In this document: piece after piece, positions 10,964 through 20,885 of the stretch | Position numbering within the stretch: the first letter of the stretch is position 1 | Layout: the number at the start of each line of letters is the position of its first letter | Source: Acidobacteriota bacterium | GTDB taxonomy: Bacteria > Acidobacteriota > Terriglobia > Acidiferrales > UBA7541 | Assembly: GCA_003224525.1 (NCBI GenBank) | Contig: QHZB01000212.1 | Span: 24,173-88,172, forward strand | Direction of reading: 5' to 3' | DNA length: 64,000 nucleotides | Position numbers and translations under genes: made by a program | The notes under the pieces: generated by a model | The model's database searches: none | Told to the model about the DNA's origin: nothing | The model's input: the letters and a program-made list of their open reading frames with translations, nothing else

Positions 10964-11109
10964 CCGCCCATTATAGCCCCCGAAGAGTCCATGCGCCAAA
11001 ACCACCAGAACATGGGTAGAACATGGGAAGCCACCGGCGAGTCGGTGCGGAACAAACTCAAGGCCTCCGAACAAAAAACGGAGTGAACGAAATGCTGGCG
11101 AGCCACTTT

Positions 11110-12636
11110 TTACTGAGAGATTTCACGGAAGGAGAGAATCTTGTAGTTGCCTTTAGGTTGCGCCTTCTGGATCCAACAGGAGCTGTATCCAATGCCATTG
11201 CCTTGCATCGAAGCGTCGAAAGACACGGAAGCGCCTCCTATTCTTCCCGTCAGCAGATTTCCACTTGCGTCCCGGGTTTTTGCCACAAACACCGCACCAT
11301 TGAGCTGCTGGGCCCCACCGTTTTGTGTATTAGTAATGATGCCCTGCCCGATCACAAGAATGATCCCATTCCAAGTCGTATCCGGATCGTAAGTAAATGT
11401 ACCCGTGACTAGGAGAAGTCCATATCCCTGACCATATCCGTCGCCGCCCCAGTTGCTAATGTCGAGGTTTCCGTTAATCACGACACTTACGGGATTAGAG
11501 GAAGACATCCCCGCCGTTGTTGTTGCCGTATGCAGGTCGGATGCGTTAGCGGTGTAGGATGCGCCGCTACCAAGTACAACATCCGCATTTTGAATGATGG
11601 TCTGTGCAAAGGCATCGATTTGACTCGGCGACTGTAGGTTTGCGGGAAACGCGCTGAGGTATTCCACATCCGGCGCGGGCTGCTGCCCAGTATAGTTCGG
11701 CCGGGTATCGGTTCCACCAGCATTAGTTGAAATTCCGCCAACAATACCACTAACGTGCGATGCGTAACTGTTGCTGCTGTAATCGCCGAAAAGACCGATC
11801 GCTTCTACAGCCGTAGGATTGCCGGAACAGTCTACACCATTCCCCTTTACTGCATAGCTGGCGTTATTGGCTGGAGCTTGAAAGACAGGGCTGTTGCCAG
11901 GGCTGCCTGAAAGGGTCAGCCCAGCAAGAAAAGGAGGCAGCGCAACTGGCGCGGGGGCAATGAGGTACTGCAAGAGCTTCTGACTGCCGTTGGGAAGGAC
12001 CGCAAGCGAGGTGATCTCCAGCACCTGAGAGCCAGCGGAGGGGGAGTCGGTTAGATTTGTTCCGTCGTAGAAAAGGGGTGTGGAATCAATTGTGCCGTCA
12101 AACGGGGCGACGTCCTGACCGAGCCCCTGATGGAGCCATTGTTCCGAGACTGCGTTGATGCGGACCCACTTGTAGAGAGGACCAGGAAAGTTCAAGGAGG
12201 TATTGAGGGGGGGGGTGGTCCATATCGAGGCCGTCGTCTTTGTGTCCGAGGGCCCGGCAGTAAATTCCGTCGAATATTCGTTGTCCAGATAGGTCGTGAG
12301 TACGTTTCCATCCCCGGGACCGGGATTCAGGACGTAGCGAACATAACCTATTGGCAGGGCAGTTCCTGGCGAGGGCAGGAAGCCCGCTGGCGCCGTAGAT
12401 TTGAAGGAACTTGCATTATTCGTCAAAAGCCGCCCGCGCGCTTCTTCCAGCCCCGCGAGCGCCGCATAATAAACTCCCGTCGCAGAGCGATAGTTCCCCG
12501 CCAGCGAGGATTCCGTCCCGGAAGCGACGATCAAAGCAATCGCCACAATGCTGATCAACAGCAGAATAAATATGGAAATCAGCAGGGCAATCCCTTCTTC
12601 GGTCCGCTTCGGTTGAATTTGTCTCCTGGCGCTCAC
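11110..12636 (-). CDS. PilX-like minor pilin / pilus assembly protein
   Basis: EEG|[20 protein letters not shown] (no Glu5, as in PilX/GspK), AYYAA-like [12 protein letters not shown]; GTG start with GAGG upstream. Confidence 0.82.
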   Translation of the reverse strand: MSARRQIQPKRTEEGIALLISIFILLLISIVAIALIVASGTESSLAGNYRSATGVYYAALAGLEEARGRLLTNNASSFKSTAPAGFLPSPGTALPIGYVRYVLNPGPGDGNVLTTYLDNEYSTEFTAGPSDTKTTASIWTTPPLNTSLNFPGPLYKWVRINAVSEQWLHQGLGQDVAPFDGTIDSTPLFYDGTNLTDSPSAGSQVLEITSLAVLPNGSQKLLQYLIAPAPVALPPFLAGLTLSGSPGNSPVFQAPANNASYAVKGNGVDCSGNPTAVEAIGLFGDYSSNSYASHVSGIVGGISTNAGGTDTRPNYTGQQPAPDVEYLSAFPANLQSPSQIDAFAQTIIQNADVVLGSGASYTANASDLHTATTTAGMSSSNPVSVVINGNLDISNWGGDGYGQGYGLLLVTGTFTYDPDTTWNGIILVIGQGIITNTQNGGAQQLNGAVFVAKTRDASGNLLTGRIGGASVSFDASMQGNGIGYSSCWIQKAQPKGNYKILSFREISQ

Positions 12637-12655
12637 TTATCCTCGGTTGACCTCA

Positions 12656-13525
12656 CTAATTGGGATTGATGCGCCGGCCACGCCCGTTCAGCATGACAAG
12701 ACGTGGCTGGCCTGTTGTCGCATCCGGGAGCGGGGCCGCTACGATCAGCGTGATCATAACATCGCGGATTTTTCGCGGTGAATTGTCCGTCCCCGCACCA
12801 GGACACGGAACCGTTTGAGGAGGTGGAGACGAATTATCGCAGGTGTAGGAGAAGATCGGCACCGGAGCCCCTCCTAGGAATATGCCCGGATAAGCAGCTT
12901 GGTATTGTGCCACTAGGGGATTTGTCACATTCTGGACAACTTGCGTGTTTACGATATTTTGGACAAAAGGCACAAGCACCCCCGCCGTACTCGTATCGGG
13001 GTCGCCGTTCGTCTTGGAGAACACCCCGCGCATGAGCGTGGGTAGCGGCGTGGTGTTCTGCAATTGGTAGCGAATCCATTGAACACGGCAGTTTGGCACA
13101 CAGCTGGGGTCTTGGGGATTCGGATTGGTCTCGATGATGAGGTCGAGATCGCCGGGAGCAGTGTCACCCGCCGTGGCGGTTGTGCAAGTCCCGCCTCCAC
13201 CCGTACCGATTTGACAAGACCCGGGAGGCGGGTAGCCGGCGCCGGTGCTCCAGGCAAAAGGAGCACTCGCAGAGTCAGCTGGAACGCCATCCGTGAAAGT
13301 CGGCGGCGGATAGCCGGCGTCATTTACGTCGCGCACGATCTGGTCCAGGCCGAGCCGGGCTTCCTGGAACGAGGTCAGCAGTTGTGATTCGGTCTGGTAG
13401 TGTTTTTGCGAGGTCCCCAGCAAACTGAACGCCGCTCCAGTGATCACAAGAAATATGCCCAGAGCGACCAGTAATTCCACGAGCGTGAACCCATGCTGGC
13501 GCTCGTCGCTTGGGACTAAATTCAT
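12656..13525 (-). CDS. PilW-like type IV minor pilin
   Basis: Prepilin site RQHG|FTLVELLVAL; ARLGLDQIVRDVNDAGY. Confidence 0.85.
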   Translation of the reverse strand: MNLVPSDERQHGFTLVELLVALGIFLVITGAAFSLLGTSQKHYQTESQLLTSFQEARLGLDQIVRDVNDAGYPPPTFTDGVPADSASAPFAWSTGAGYPPPGSCQIGTGGGGTCTTATAGDTAPGDLDLIIETNPNPQDPSCVPNCRVQWIRYQLQNTTPLPTLMRGVFSKTNGDPDTSTAGVLVPFVQNIVNTQVVQNVTNPLVAQYQAAYPGIFLGGAPVPIFSYTCDNSSPPPQTVPCPGAGTDNSPRKIRDVMITLIVAAPLPDATTGQPRLVMLNGRGRRINPN

Positions 13526-14076
13526 TTTTCCACCATCGTATCAAGGGTGATGGGCTGAAAATAGCCGTTGCCGCCCGCTTGGCGCACGCCAAGGATAAAT
13601 CGTTTCGAGGAGGCTGTACTGCCGTTTCCGGTGACGATCACCGCCCAACGCACGTCATAGGTCGTGAGGCTGGGATCATTCGGATCCGAGTAGGTGAAAC
13701 CGTAGCCGTTCGTGGGAGCCAAGGGTGGGTTAGGCGAATTGAATACAATGATTGCCTGGTTGTTGAGTGTCGTCACGGTGCTGCCCTGCACGGAATTGGT
13801 GACCGTCGGATCGCCAAGCTGACAGGTGTTCCCCAGCGCATCCATGAATTGGTTTGCAGGCGGATTGATCGGCTGGTCGAGCATCTGATCCAGTTCGCGC
13901 TGCGCAAAAACCAGTGCGGAAGAGTCCGTGCGGTTCCGGTAATTCATAAGGATCGAAGCTGGCACAAGCTGCGCGACGGCCACAAGGCCGACCAGCAGGA
14001 GGATGGTGGCGAGCATCATCTCGAGGATGCTGAAGCCCCTTTGTCCGTCGCAAAGCTTTGTGGATGAGCGTCGCAT
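13522..14076 (-). CDS. PilV-like type IV minor pilin
   Basis: QRG|FSILEMMLAT; ATG 14076; ATGA overlap with the next gene. Confidence 0.82.
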   Translation of the reverse strand: MRRSSTKLCDGQRGFSILEMMLATILLLVGLVAVAQLVPASILMNYRNRTDSSALVFAQRELDQMLDQPINPPANQFMDALGNTCQLGDPTVTNSVQGSTVTTLNNQAIIVFNSPNPPLAPTNGYGFTYSDPNDPSLTTYDVRWAVIVTGNGSTASSKRFILGVRQAGGNGYFQPITLDTMVEK

Positions 14077-14096
14077 TCCTGTCTCTTGTTCGGGCC

Positions 14097-14726
14097 TCAG
14101 CCGACCTGTTGCCAGGTTCCCCCGTTCGGAGCAGTCCAAACTTGCGTGCTTCCGGAAGGGAGCTGAATCACGGCGCGATAGCCAAATTCCGGATTAGTCG
14201 AGCTCCCGATGTAAAACACAAAAACACTGTTGGAAACACTCCCGCCGACGCGAATCGCGCCACGAGCGTCAAAGGTGACCTTGCCACTGCTTCCCGAGAG
14301 TGTGTTTGCGTTTAGCGTACTCACGCTTACACCCAAGGCTGTGGCGATGGCCCCCGGACTCGGCGGACCACCGGCGGGCAGGAGCGTCGCAAATCCGGCT
14401 ATCAGAATTTGCTTCTCCGTGGCAAGAGGGCTTGCGCTGGTGTTGGTTGAAGTCGTCCAAACGACCCAACCGGGGGCGCTTGGGTTGTTGAACTGGCAAT
14501 ACTCCAGACTATTTCGGCGCACCGCTTCGAATCGCGTAAATTTCAGAATGTCAGACAGGCGCGCGGCCACGTCGTTGAGCTGGTAGGTTCGAAACGAGCG
14601 CATGAGCGAAGGGATCGCAATCGCCGTCAGAATCAAGAGCACGGTCATGGAAACGGTCAATTCGACCATGCTGAAACCAGCCATGCGACTGCGACGAGTG
14701 CGGGGGTTTGGAGCACTCTTTTGCAA
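14097..14726 (-). CDS. FimT/GspH-like type IV minor pilin
   Basis: RMAG|FSMVELTVSM, ARLSDILKFTRFEAVRRN, VTFDARG. TTG start at 14726 chosen from GAGG RBS. Confidence 0.82.
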   Translation of the reverse strand: MQKSAPNPRTRRSRMAGFSMVELTVSMTVLLILTAIAIPSLMRSFRTYQLNDVAARLSDILKFTRFEAVRRNSLEYCQFNNPSAPGWVVWTTSTNTSASPLATEKQILIAGFATLLPAGGPPSPGAIATALGVSVSTLNANTLSGSSGKVTFDARGAIRVGGSVSNSVFVFYIGSSTNPEFGYRAVIQLPSGSTQVWTAPNGGTWQQVG

Positions 14727-14794
14727 AGTCGTTTCCTCGTTCAAAGGCTGGACCAGCGATCCAGCCTGTAAGTGCAATTAAGAAACCGGTACGC

Positions 14795-14810
14795 TGCAGT
14801 TGCCATGCCA
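14795..14810 (-). promoter_or_regulatory. sigma54 -24/-12 promoter candidate for the minor pilin operon
   Basis: Minus strand TGGCATGGCAACTGCA: GG and GC separated by exactly 10 nt, about 70 nt above the start. Confidence 0.6.
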
Positions 14811-15026
14811 GGGACAGCCGGCCGCAACTGACGCTAAGCATAGTACTTTCTTGAACGATACGATTATAGCTTATTACAAGCCCTGAGGAATGGGTAGATA
14901 GGTAACAAAATGAAACACGGCGGTTGCGGGTCGTTTCAGCGGAGTTATGTTTATTTTTAGTAATCTTACCCGGCGCCATCCGGATGGCCGCGAGGAGAGT
15001 GCGTTTTCCAGTGGCCGTCTCGATTT

Positions 15027-15920
15027 CTAGTTCTTGCTCCTTTTGACCAGGGCTTGGGAACCCTGTTTGGAGAGGGACGATTTGTCGAAGATATCGTCGG
15101 AAAAGCCGGGATTGAACTTACAACTGTCGTAGAAGATTTGAGCGGCGCGGCGTCCGTTGTGTTCCCGGGAGATCTGAAGCGGCGTCCAAGCGCTGTCCTT
15201 CAATTGATAGTTTGAATAGATGGAGACGTCTTCGTTAATCTGCTGAGTCTCTTCGTCCTTGGTGATGACCACGCTGCGAACCAAGAGGTGAGTAGAACGA
15301 TCGACGGCAAGGCGGAACTTGCGCTCCTGGCTGTCGGTGATCTCGATCCAATCGACCGGCTTGAGGTCGACGGTGTCGCTCCCGCCGAAGCGAATGAAAA
15401 TCCCTTCTTCCTTGAGGCGCAGCCGCAGCAGATTGTCGACGTTGCGCTTCACCTGCTCTTGGAAATCGCCGATCGCGGTGGCTGGTAGTTCGCTTACACC
15501 GCTGCGATCGAAGGTCCAGCCGTGATCGCCGTTATAGAGCGAGATGACGATGCCGCCGTGGGTAAAATCCAAACCGTCGACGCCGATCAGAGACGCAAGA
15601 ATGGTATTGCGGCCTTTGGAGATGTACTCCGTGCGGACTTTGTCCGGGTAGCGGCGGTATTCCGAAAAGTCGATCAAGACTGGATGCAGCGGTTCGCCGT
15701 TGTGACCGAATTGCGAGCGGCGGCCCTGGCACAGGCTTTCGCGGACTTCCGTATAACCCGGTCCGCCCAGCGCATTGACGAGATCGCTGAGAATCTGCTT
15801 GCCCTTGGCGACGCTCTGCTCCGGCATCATGGTGTCGGGATTCTGGGAGGAGCCGCTTGATCGAGACACCGCACAAGCAAGGAGAATGACGACGGCGATA
15901 TGGACGGACTTTACCCGCAC
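15027..15920 (-). CDS. Secreted hypothetical protein (possible LolA-like fold)
   Basis: Signal peptide, KQILSDLVNALGG, beta-rich body; start overlaps the SDR stop. Fold is inference. Confidence 0.7.
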   Translation of the reverse strand: MRVKSVHIAVVILLACAVSRSSGSSQNPDTMMPEQSVAKGKQILSDLVNALGGPGYTEVRESLCQGRRSQFGHNGEPLHPVLIDFSEYRRYPDKVRTEYISKGRNTILASLIGVDGLDFTHGGIVISLYNGDHGWTFDRSGVSELPATAIGDFQEQVKRNVDNLLRLRLKEEGIFIRFGGSDTVDLKPVDWIEITDSQERKFRLAVDRSTHLLVRSVVITKDEETQQINEDVSIYSNYQLKDSAWTPLQISREHNGRRAAQIFYDSCKFNPGFSDDIFDKSSLSKQGSQALVKRSKN

Positions 15921-16678
15921 AAGACTGAACCTCCATTTACATTGATGACTTCGCCGGTCATGAAGTTGGCCAGGTCCGAAGCAACGAAGAGGATCGGGCC
16001 GGCAACTTCTTCGGCGGTAGCAGCGCGACCGAGAGGGATGACGGTGGAAGCCATTTTCTGGCCAGCTTTGGACTCCAGCACAGCATTGGACATGTCCGTG
16101 GCGACCCAGCCGGGGGCGACGGAGTTCACGAGAATATTGTGGCGGGCGAGTTCGGTGGCGAGCCCCTTGGTAAGACTGATGATGCCGCCTTTGGAAGCGC
16201 CGTAGTGCGTATGGAGGGATTCGCCGCGCTGCCCGGCGGTGGAGCTGATGGGGATGATCTTGCCGGACTTCTGCTTGATCATGTGGGGGACGGTGAAGTG
16301 GATGATGGAGTAGACGCTTTTGAGGTTGATGCGGATCATGTCATCCCACTGCTTTTCGGTCATCTTTTCGATGGGGAGATCTTCGGGGTTCCAGACGCCG
16401 GCGTTGGCAACGAGAATGTCCAGGCGGCCTAGCCGGGCGATGGTGTGCTCGACAAGTTTTTGATTATCGGCGTGCTTGCCGACATCGGCTTTGAACGCTT
16501 CCACGCGAGTGCCGTGCTTGCCGGCTTCCTGCTGGACCTGTAGCGCGGCGTCCTTGGCTTTGACGTAATTGAAAACCACGTCGGCGCCGGCCTGCGCGAA
16601 TAGTTTGACGGCTGCCGCGCCGATGCCGCGTGAACCGCCGGTGATGAGTGCCGCCTTGCCTGCAAGTGAAATCATCAA
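15911..16678 (-). CDS. Short-chain dehydrogenase/reductase (FabG-like)
   Basis: TGGSRGIG, LVANAG, YGASK, VNSVAPGWVATDM. Confidence 0.93.
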   Translation of the reverse strand: MMISLAGKAALITGGSRGIGAAAVKLFAQAGADVVFNYVKAKDAALQVQQEAGKHGTRVEAFKADVGKHADNQKLVEHTIARLGRLDILVANAGVWNPEDLPIEKMTEKQWDDMIRINLKSVYSIIHFTVPHMIKQKSGKIIPISSTAGQRGESLHTHYGASKGGIISLTKGLATELARHNILVNSVAPGWVATDMSNAVLESKAGQKMASTVIPLGRAATAEEVAGPILFVASDLANFMTGEVINVNGGSVLCG

Positions 16679-16763
16679 GCCCCCAAAGAAGTTAAAAATT
16701 GAAAGTCAAAAGCCTGAGTCCGCGAAGCCTTTCTTCATCGCTTCACTTTCCACGACGAAAAGT

Positions 16764-16790
16764 GATTCCTCGCTTCGCTAGGAATGACGG
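16764..16790. repeat. REP-like hairpin, copy 1
   Basis: GATTCCTCGCTTCGCTAGGAATGACGG; 23/27 identical to 42529-42555. Confidence 0.7.
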
Positions 16791-16813
16791 GCTTGCGGGC
16801 CCGGCCGCGCAGT

Positions 16814-17611
16814 TCAGCGGTGCGCGGCGGCAGCTCGCGTGGCTTGCACCAGTGTGCGGAAAAGGGCCGCGGCAAGGGCGTCGCCAGCCATTCGCTCGGG
16901 ATGCCATTGCACACCGACGACCCAGTGTTTATGCGGCTCATGCTCGACGGCTTCAATCACGCCATCGGGAGCAACCGCCGCGATGCGCAAACCGTGGCCC
17001 AAATCGCGGACGGATTGGTGATGCGAAGTGTTTATTTCCACAGCGAAGCCACCATTGCGCTTTTCGAGTCCGCAGGAAGCAGCAAGCTGAGCCAGTTCAC
17101 CGCCAAATTCGATTCTGGCTGAGTGCATCGGGTCGAGCGCGTCTGCGGAAAGACCAGCCCTGCTGTGCTCGATGTTCGTGTGCAAATCGCTGGCAATGTC
17201 CTGGTAGAGAGTGCCGCCGAGGGAGACGTTCAGGCTCTGGCAGCCGTAGCAGATGGCCAAGACCGGTTTGCTGGAAGCAAAGGCGTGCTCGAGGATTGCG
17301 AAATCGGTTTTTTCCCTGTTCGGGTCGGCGTCGTGAGTCTTTTCCCGGCGCGCGGCGCGGTAGAGCGCCGGATTCACATCGGTGGGAGCGCCAGGAAGGA
17401 CAAAGGCGTCCAGATCTCTGATTTGGGCGGCAAGATCACTTGCTGGGAGTTGCAGAGAAAGGCGGACGGGTTCTCCCTCCCCCGCAGTGACGGCGGCAAA
17501 GTAATACTGGAGCTTGTTCGTGATCCCATTGGCCTCTTCGTGGGAGGTGCGCCAAGGGATACCCACACGTGGCCGGGAGGCTGTGCTCAGTTGGGGATTA
17601 GCAGGGGTCAT
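16814..17611 (-). CDS. Class I glutamine amidotransferase, peptidase C26 / PuuD-like
   Basis: Start moved to MTPANPQL (17611). LPGAPTDV, VLAICYG, TLYQDI, NTSHHQ, GVQWHPE. Confidence 0.9.
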   Translation of the reverse strand: MTPANPQLSTASRPRVGIPWRTSHEEANGITNKLQYYFAAVTAGEGEPVRLSLQLPASDLAAQIRDLDAFVLPGAPTDVNPALYRAARREKTHDADPNREKTDFAILEHAFASSKPVLAICYGCQSLNVSLGGTLYQDIASDLHTNIEHSRAGLSADALDPMHSARIEFGGELAQLAASCGLEKRNGGFAVEINTSHHQSVRDLGHGLRIAAVAPDGVIEAVEHEPHKHWVVGVQWHPERMAGDALAAALFRTLVQATRAAAAHR

Positions 17612-17794
17612 GGACACCAAATCGTAGCATTCGGAAGGGAGGGGGGCAACCCATCCTAAGAGCGACTCGCAATTCGTGATTCGTGGCCCGGCATGGTTGG
17701 GACAGGTCGATCCTCGCTCCCGGAGGTCGCTCAGGACAGTGATTCTTATTGGATCCCTGTTGACCATAACCGAGATCCCTACTCCGTGTTTTTT

Positions 17795-17852
17795 GTAAGT
17801 GTTGCATCTAAAGGGTTTAACCAGATAATAAGCTTTTGTTTGCAACACTTGC
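17795..17852. repeat. AT-rich inverted repeat element
   Basis: GTAAGTGTTGCA (17795-17806) and TGCAACACTTGC (17841-17852), 11/12 complementary. Confidence 0.6.
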
Positions 17853-17866
17853 GAGGATATCTATAG

Positions 17867-17975
17867 GTGTTGGCGAAGAAGTGGTCTCGCCGTGCGCGTT
17901 AGGTGGCTGCGGGCAGCGCTTGCCAACCTGGATGCAGAAGCGCACTACATAGCGGAGGATAACCCAGCAGCGGCA
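17867..17975 (+). pseudogene. Relic of a type II toxin-antitoxin pair (antitoxin tail plus RelE/ParE toxin N-terminus)
   Basis: VLAKKWSRRAR* (17867-17902) overlaps GTG 17892 of MRVRWLRAALANLDAEAHYIAEDNPAAA; similarity ends at the convergent gene. Confidence 0.7.
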
Positions 17976-17984
17976 CCTTCAATT

Positions 17985-18905
17985 CTAGTCACCGCTTTTC
18001 AGCGCATTGTAGAGTTCGTGTACAAACTGATTGGGCTGCACGCGTCCGTGCCCCCAGCGGGCGTCGAAGTCAGATGTTGGATGCTCGGCGAGGATTTGAG
18101 GCTCGGTGCGGCCCCCATCGATCAGGCGCTTCACTCGATCGCGAACAGTCACGATCATATCGCGGAATGTTTTCACGCTCCCGCCGTTCACCACGTCGCC
18201 TCTTGGCGGCACAATGCGGAACGCACTATTTGTCCATCCATCAAGGGTATTCAAGAGGCCGTCGAGAGTGCCGCCTTGCGTCGGATCGATCTCCGGGTAG
18301 CCGTCGCCCGGAAATACTTCGCCGAGATAGATCAGCTTGGCAACATGAAAATGCACGATCGCATCCGCGTTGCTGTAACCCGGCTTTTGATGAACCACGT
18401 GGATGGACTCCGCGTTGATGTCGAAGGCCAAGACTTCAGAGAACGCTATACGCGGGCGATCAACTCCGAGTTCGGTGAAGCGTGGCGGCAACGGTGGCGG
18501 CGGGCCCATTACGTTGCCGCTTATGCGTTGGAGCGCATTCTCGTGCATGGCGACGAAGGCCCCACGTCGTCCCCATCCAGCATCGCCCTGGGAATGCGCT
18601 ATGTCCTGCGGGGCAATCACAACGTATCGAACGGCCGATTTGGTCCGACTCGCAAGGACGTTGCTGATGAACGGAGTGCTTGCCGCCGCCGGCGTTCCGA
18701 CAAGTAAAGCGCCGTCCGGTCCGACCGAGGCGACTACATTGCCCGCCGCGGTAGCAAACACGAGCAGCTCCGGCGTTACCTCAGTCACGCCCACGGTTTC
18801 CTGAGCGCCGCTGGTGGCAGAACTAACCGTCAAGAAGGATACGAACGGCATCAGAATAATTATGCGGAACACAACGCCAGTTTGAAAATAGGTCATACGG
18901 GTCAC
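17985..18905 (-). CDS. Secreted metallo-beta-lactamase-fold (cyclase-like) protein with degenerate metal ligands
   Basis: GNVVASVGPDGALLV, VRYVV, AMHEN, YPEID..GG.LDG scaffold; HxHxDH position reads PQDIAH. Confidence 0.75.
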   Translation of the reverse strand: MTRMTYFQTGVVFRIIILMPFVSFLTVSSATSGAQETVGVTEVTPELLVFATAAGNVVASVGPDGALLVGTPAAASTPFISNVLASRTKSAVRYVVIAPQDIAHSQGDAGWGRRGAFVAMHENALQRISGNVMGPPPPLPPRFTELGVDRPRIAFSEVLAFDINAESIHVVHQKPGYSNADAIVHFHVAKLIYLGEVFPGDGYPEIDPTQGGTLDGLLNTLDGWTNSAFRIVPPRGDVVNGGSVKTFRDMIVTVRDRVKRLIDGGRTEPQILAEHPTSDFDARWGHGRVQPNQFVHELYNALKSGD

Positions 18906-19010
18906 ACCTCCGCCAGATTGGGAACTGCTATGGGCGATCCCTTGACGAGAAGATTGTTTGCATTATTCACGGCTAAGGTAGCACCTGCACTGGGCCACCG
19001 TCGATGAAGA

Positions 19011-20156
19011 TCAGGCGCGGAGGGAGGCGGAGGGGGCGACGAGGGCGGCGTCGAGGCAGAAGTCGGGGCGGTGGAAGAAGGCGGGGAGTTCAGAGAGGCG
19101 GAGGGCGAGGCGTTCGGGGGAGGCGGCGCGGAGGGTGACGTGGCCGAGTTTGCGGCCGGGGCGGGGGGATTTTCCGTAGAGATGTAGGTGGGCGTCGGGG
19201 ACGGCGAGGACTTCGGCGGATTCGGGGAGGTCGCCGATGAGATTGAGCATGGCGCAGTGGCCAGCGGGTCCGGTGGAGCCGAGCGGCAAGCCGAGGACGG
19301 CGCGAAGATGGTTCTCAAACTGGCTGGTAACCGCGCCTTCGATGGTCCAGTGGCCGGAATTGTGGACCCGCGGAGCCATTTCGTTGGCGAGAAGTTCGCC
19401 CTGATGTTCGAAGAATTCGATGGCCAGGACGCCGACGTATTTGAGTGATTCGAGGATGCGTTGGGCGGCTCTTTCCGCCGGCCGCTGGATTTCTACATCG
19501 AGGCGCGGGGCGGGCGCGAGAGACAGCCGGAGGATGCCGTTGCGGTGGTGATTTTCCACGAGCGGGTAGATGGCGGTTTCGCCATTGCGAGAACGGACCG
19601 CAAGGACAGAGAGCTCGCGAGTGAAGGTGACGAAACGCTCGAGGATCATTTTTACGGGAGGCAGCTCGGACTTGGCTTTCACGACGTCCTCCGCGGTGCG
19701 AAGAATCCACTGGCCTTTGCCGTCGTAACCCATTCGAGATGTTTTCAGGACCGCGGGAAGGCCGAGCGTTTTTACAGCGGCGTGGAGTTCGCCGGGATTC
19801 GAAACGGGCGTGAATTCGGTGGTGGCGATGCCGAGTTTACGGAAGAGACCCTTTTCGGCGAGGCGGTCCTGCGCGGCTTCAAGAGCGGCGGGCGGAGGAT
19901 AGACGGGAACGCGCTCGGCCAGAAAATTGGCGGCTTCCACGGGAACGTTTTCGAATTCATAGGTGACCAGCTCGAGGCCGCTGGAGAATTTTTCGAGGGC
20001 GGCTTGATCGGTGTAATCGGCAGTGACGCGCTGGGCAATGCGGCCCACGGGGGCTTCGGGAGAAGGATCGAGAAAACGAAAATGCAAGCCGAGGGGATAG
20101 CCCGCCAGGGCGAGCATGTAACCGAGCTGTCCGCCGCCGAGAATGCCGATGGTCAC
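19011..20156 (-). CDS. purK: N5-carboxyaminoimidazole ribonucleotide synthase
   Basis: [46 protein letters not shown]. Confidence 0.96.
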   Translation of the reverse strand: MTIGILGGGQLGYMLALAGYPLGLHFRFLDPSPEAPVGRIAQRVTADYTDQAALEKFSSGLELVTYEFENVPVEAANFLAERVPVYPPPAALEAAQDRLAEKGLFRKLGIATTEFTPVSNPGELHAAVKTLGLPAVLKTSRMGYDGKGQWILRTAEDVVKAKSELPPVKMILERFVTFTRELSVLAVRSRNGETAIYPLVENHHRNGILRLSLAPAPRLDVEIQRPAERAAQRILESLKYVGVLAIEFFEHQGELLANEMAPRVHNSGHWTIEGAVTSQFENHLRAVLGLPLGSTGPAGHCAMLNLIGDLPESAEVLAVPDAHLHLYGKSPRPGRKLGHVTLRAASPERLALRLSELPAFFHRPDFCLDAALVAPSASLRA

Positions 20157-20725
20157 GCGCGCTTCCCTTTCTTCTTCGCTGGAGGCAGAGCAATGGAGGG
20201 ATCCGGGTTGGCGAGGACACGGCCGGTCTGCTCGGTGCGGAGCTTGCGGAAAGCTTCACGGATGCCGGGATACTTCGCGCCAAGGATGGCGGCGGCGAGG
20301 AGCGCGGCATTGACCGCGCCGGACTTGCCGATGGCGAGTGTGCCGACCGGGACACCGCTGGGCATTTGCGCAATGGAGAGGAGCGAATCGAGACCCTTGA
20401 GGGCTTTTGATTCGACGGGCACGCCGAGGACAGGGAGAACAGTCTTCGACGCGGTCATACCGGGAAGGTGCGCGGCGCCGCCTGCACCGGCGATGATGAC
20501 TTCGATGCCGCGTTTTTCCGCGTTGGAAGCGTATTTAAAAAGCAGGTCGGGAGTGCGATGTGCGGAAACGACGCGTGTTTCATGTGGAACACCGAGCTCA
20601 CCGAGCGTTTTGGAGACGAATTTCATGGTATCCCAGTCAGAGCCGGAGCCCATGATGATGCCGACGAGAGGATGAGTGATTACTATCTTTCGATCGCCTG
20701 CAAGCCGCTTCCCCTTTGTCCTCAT
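20153..20725 (-). CDS. purE: N5-CAIR mutase
   Basis: [36 protein letters not shown]. Start uncertain. Confidence 0.95.
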   Translation of the reverse strand: MRTKGKRLAGDRKIVITHPLVGIIMGSGSDWDTMKFVSKTLGELGVPHETRVVSAHRTPDLLFKYASNAEKRGIEVIIAGAGGAAHLPGMTASKTVLPVLGVPVESKALKGLDSLLSIAQMPSGVPVGTLAIGKSGAVNAALLAAAILGAKYPGIREAFRKLRTEQTGRVLANPDPSIALPPAKKKGKRA

Positions 20726-20885
20726 TCGATTAGCCAATCGTTCAAAGCGTGACTGCCTTAGCGGGCCGCCGCCCGCCGTGGCGGGCGCCCCTCGAATACC
20801 CAAGTCTCCGAACAAAGAATGCCGTGCTGAGGACCGGCGCTGCAGATGCTCGATAAAACCCTAAGGCGATATTCTACGGTTTTTT

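Noticed and set aside
17612-17848. 79-aa N-terminal extension of the amidotransferase
   Set aside because: Runs through the inverted-repeat element; family similarity starts after Met at 17611.
17892-18707. 271-aa ORF as an intact toxin gene
   Set aside because: Only the first 28 aa are ParE-like; the rest is antisense to the MBL-fold gene.
20726-20885. Purine-related riboswitch upstream of purE
   Set aside because: Only a GC hairpin (CGCCCGCC-GT-GGCGGGCG); no ykkC/PRPP, ZTP or purine consensus recognised.
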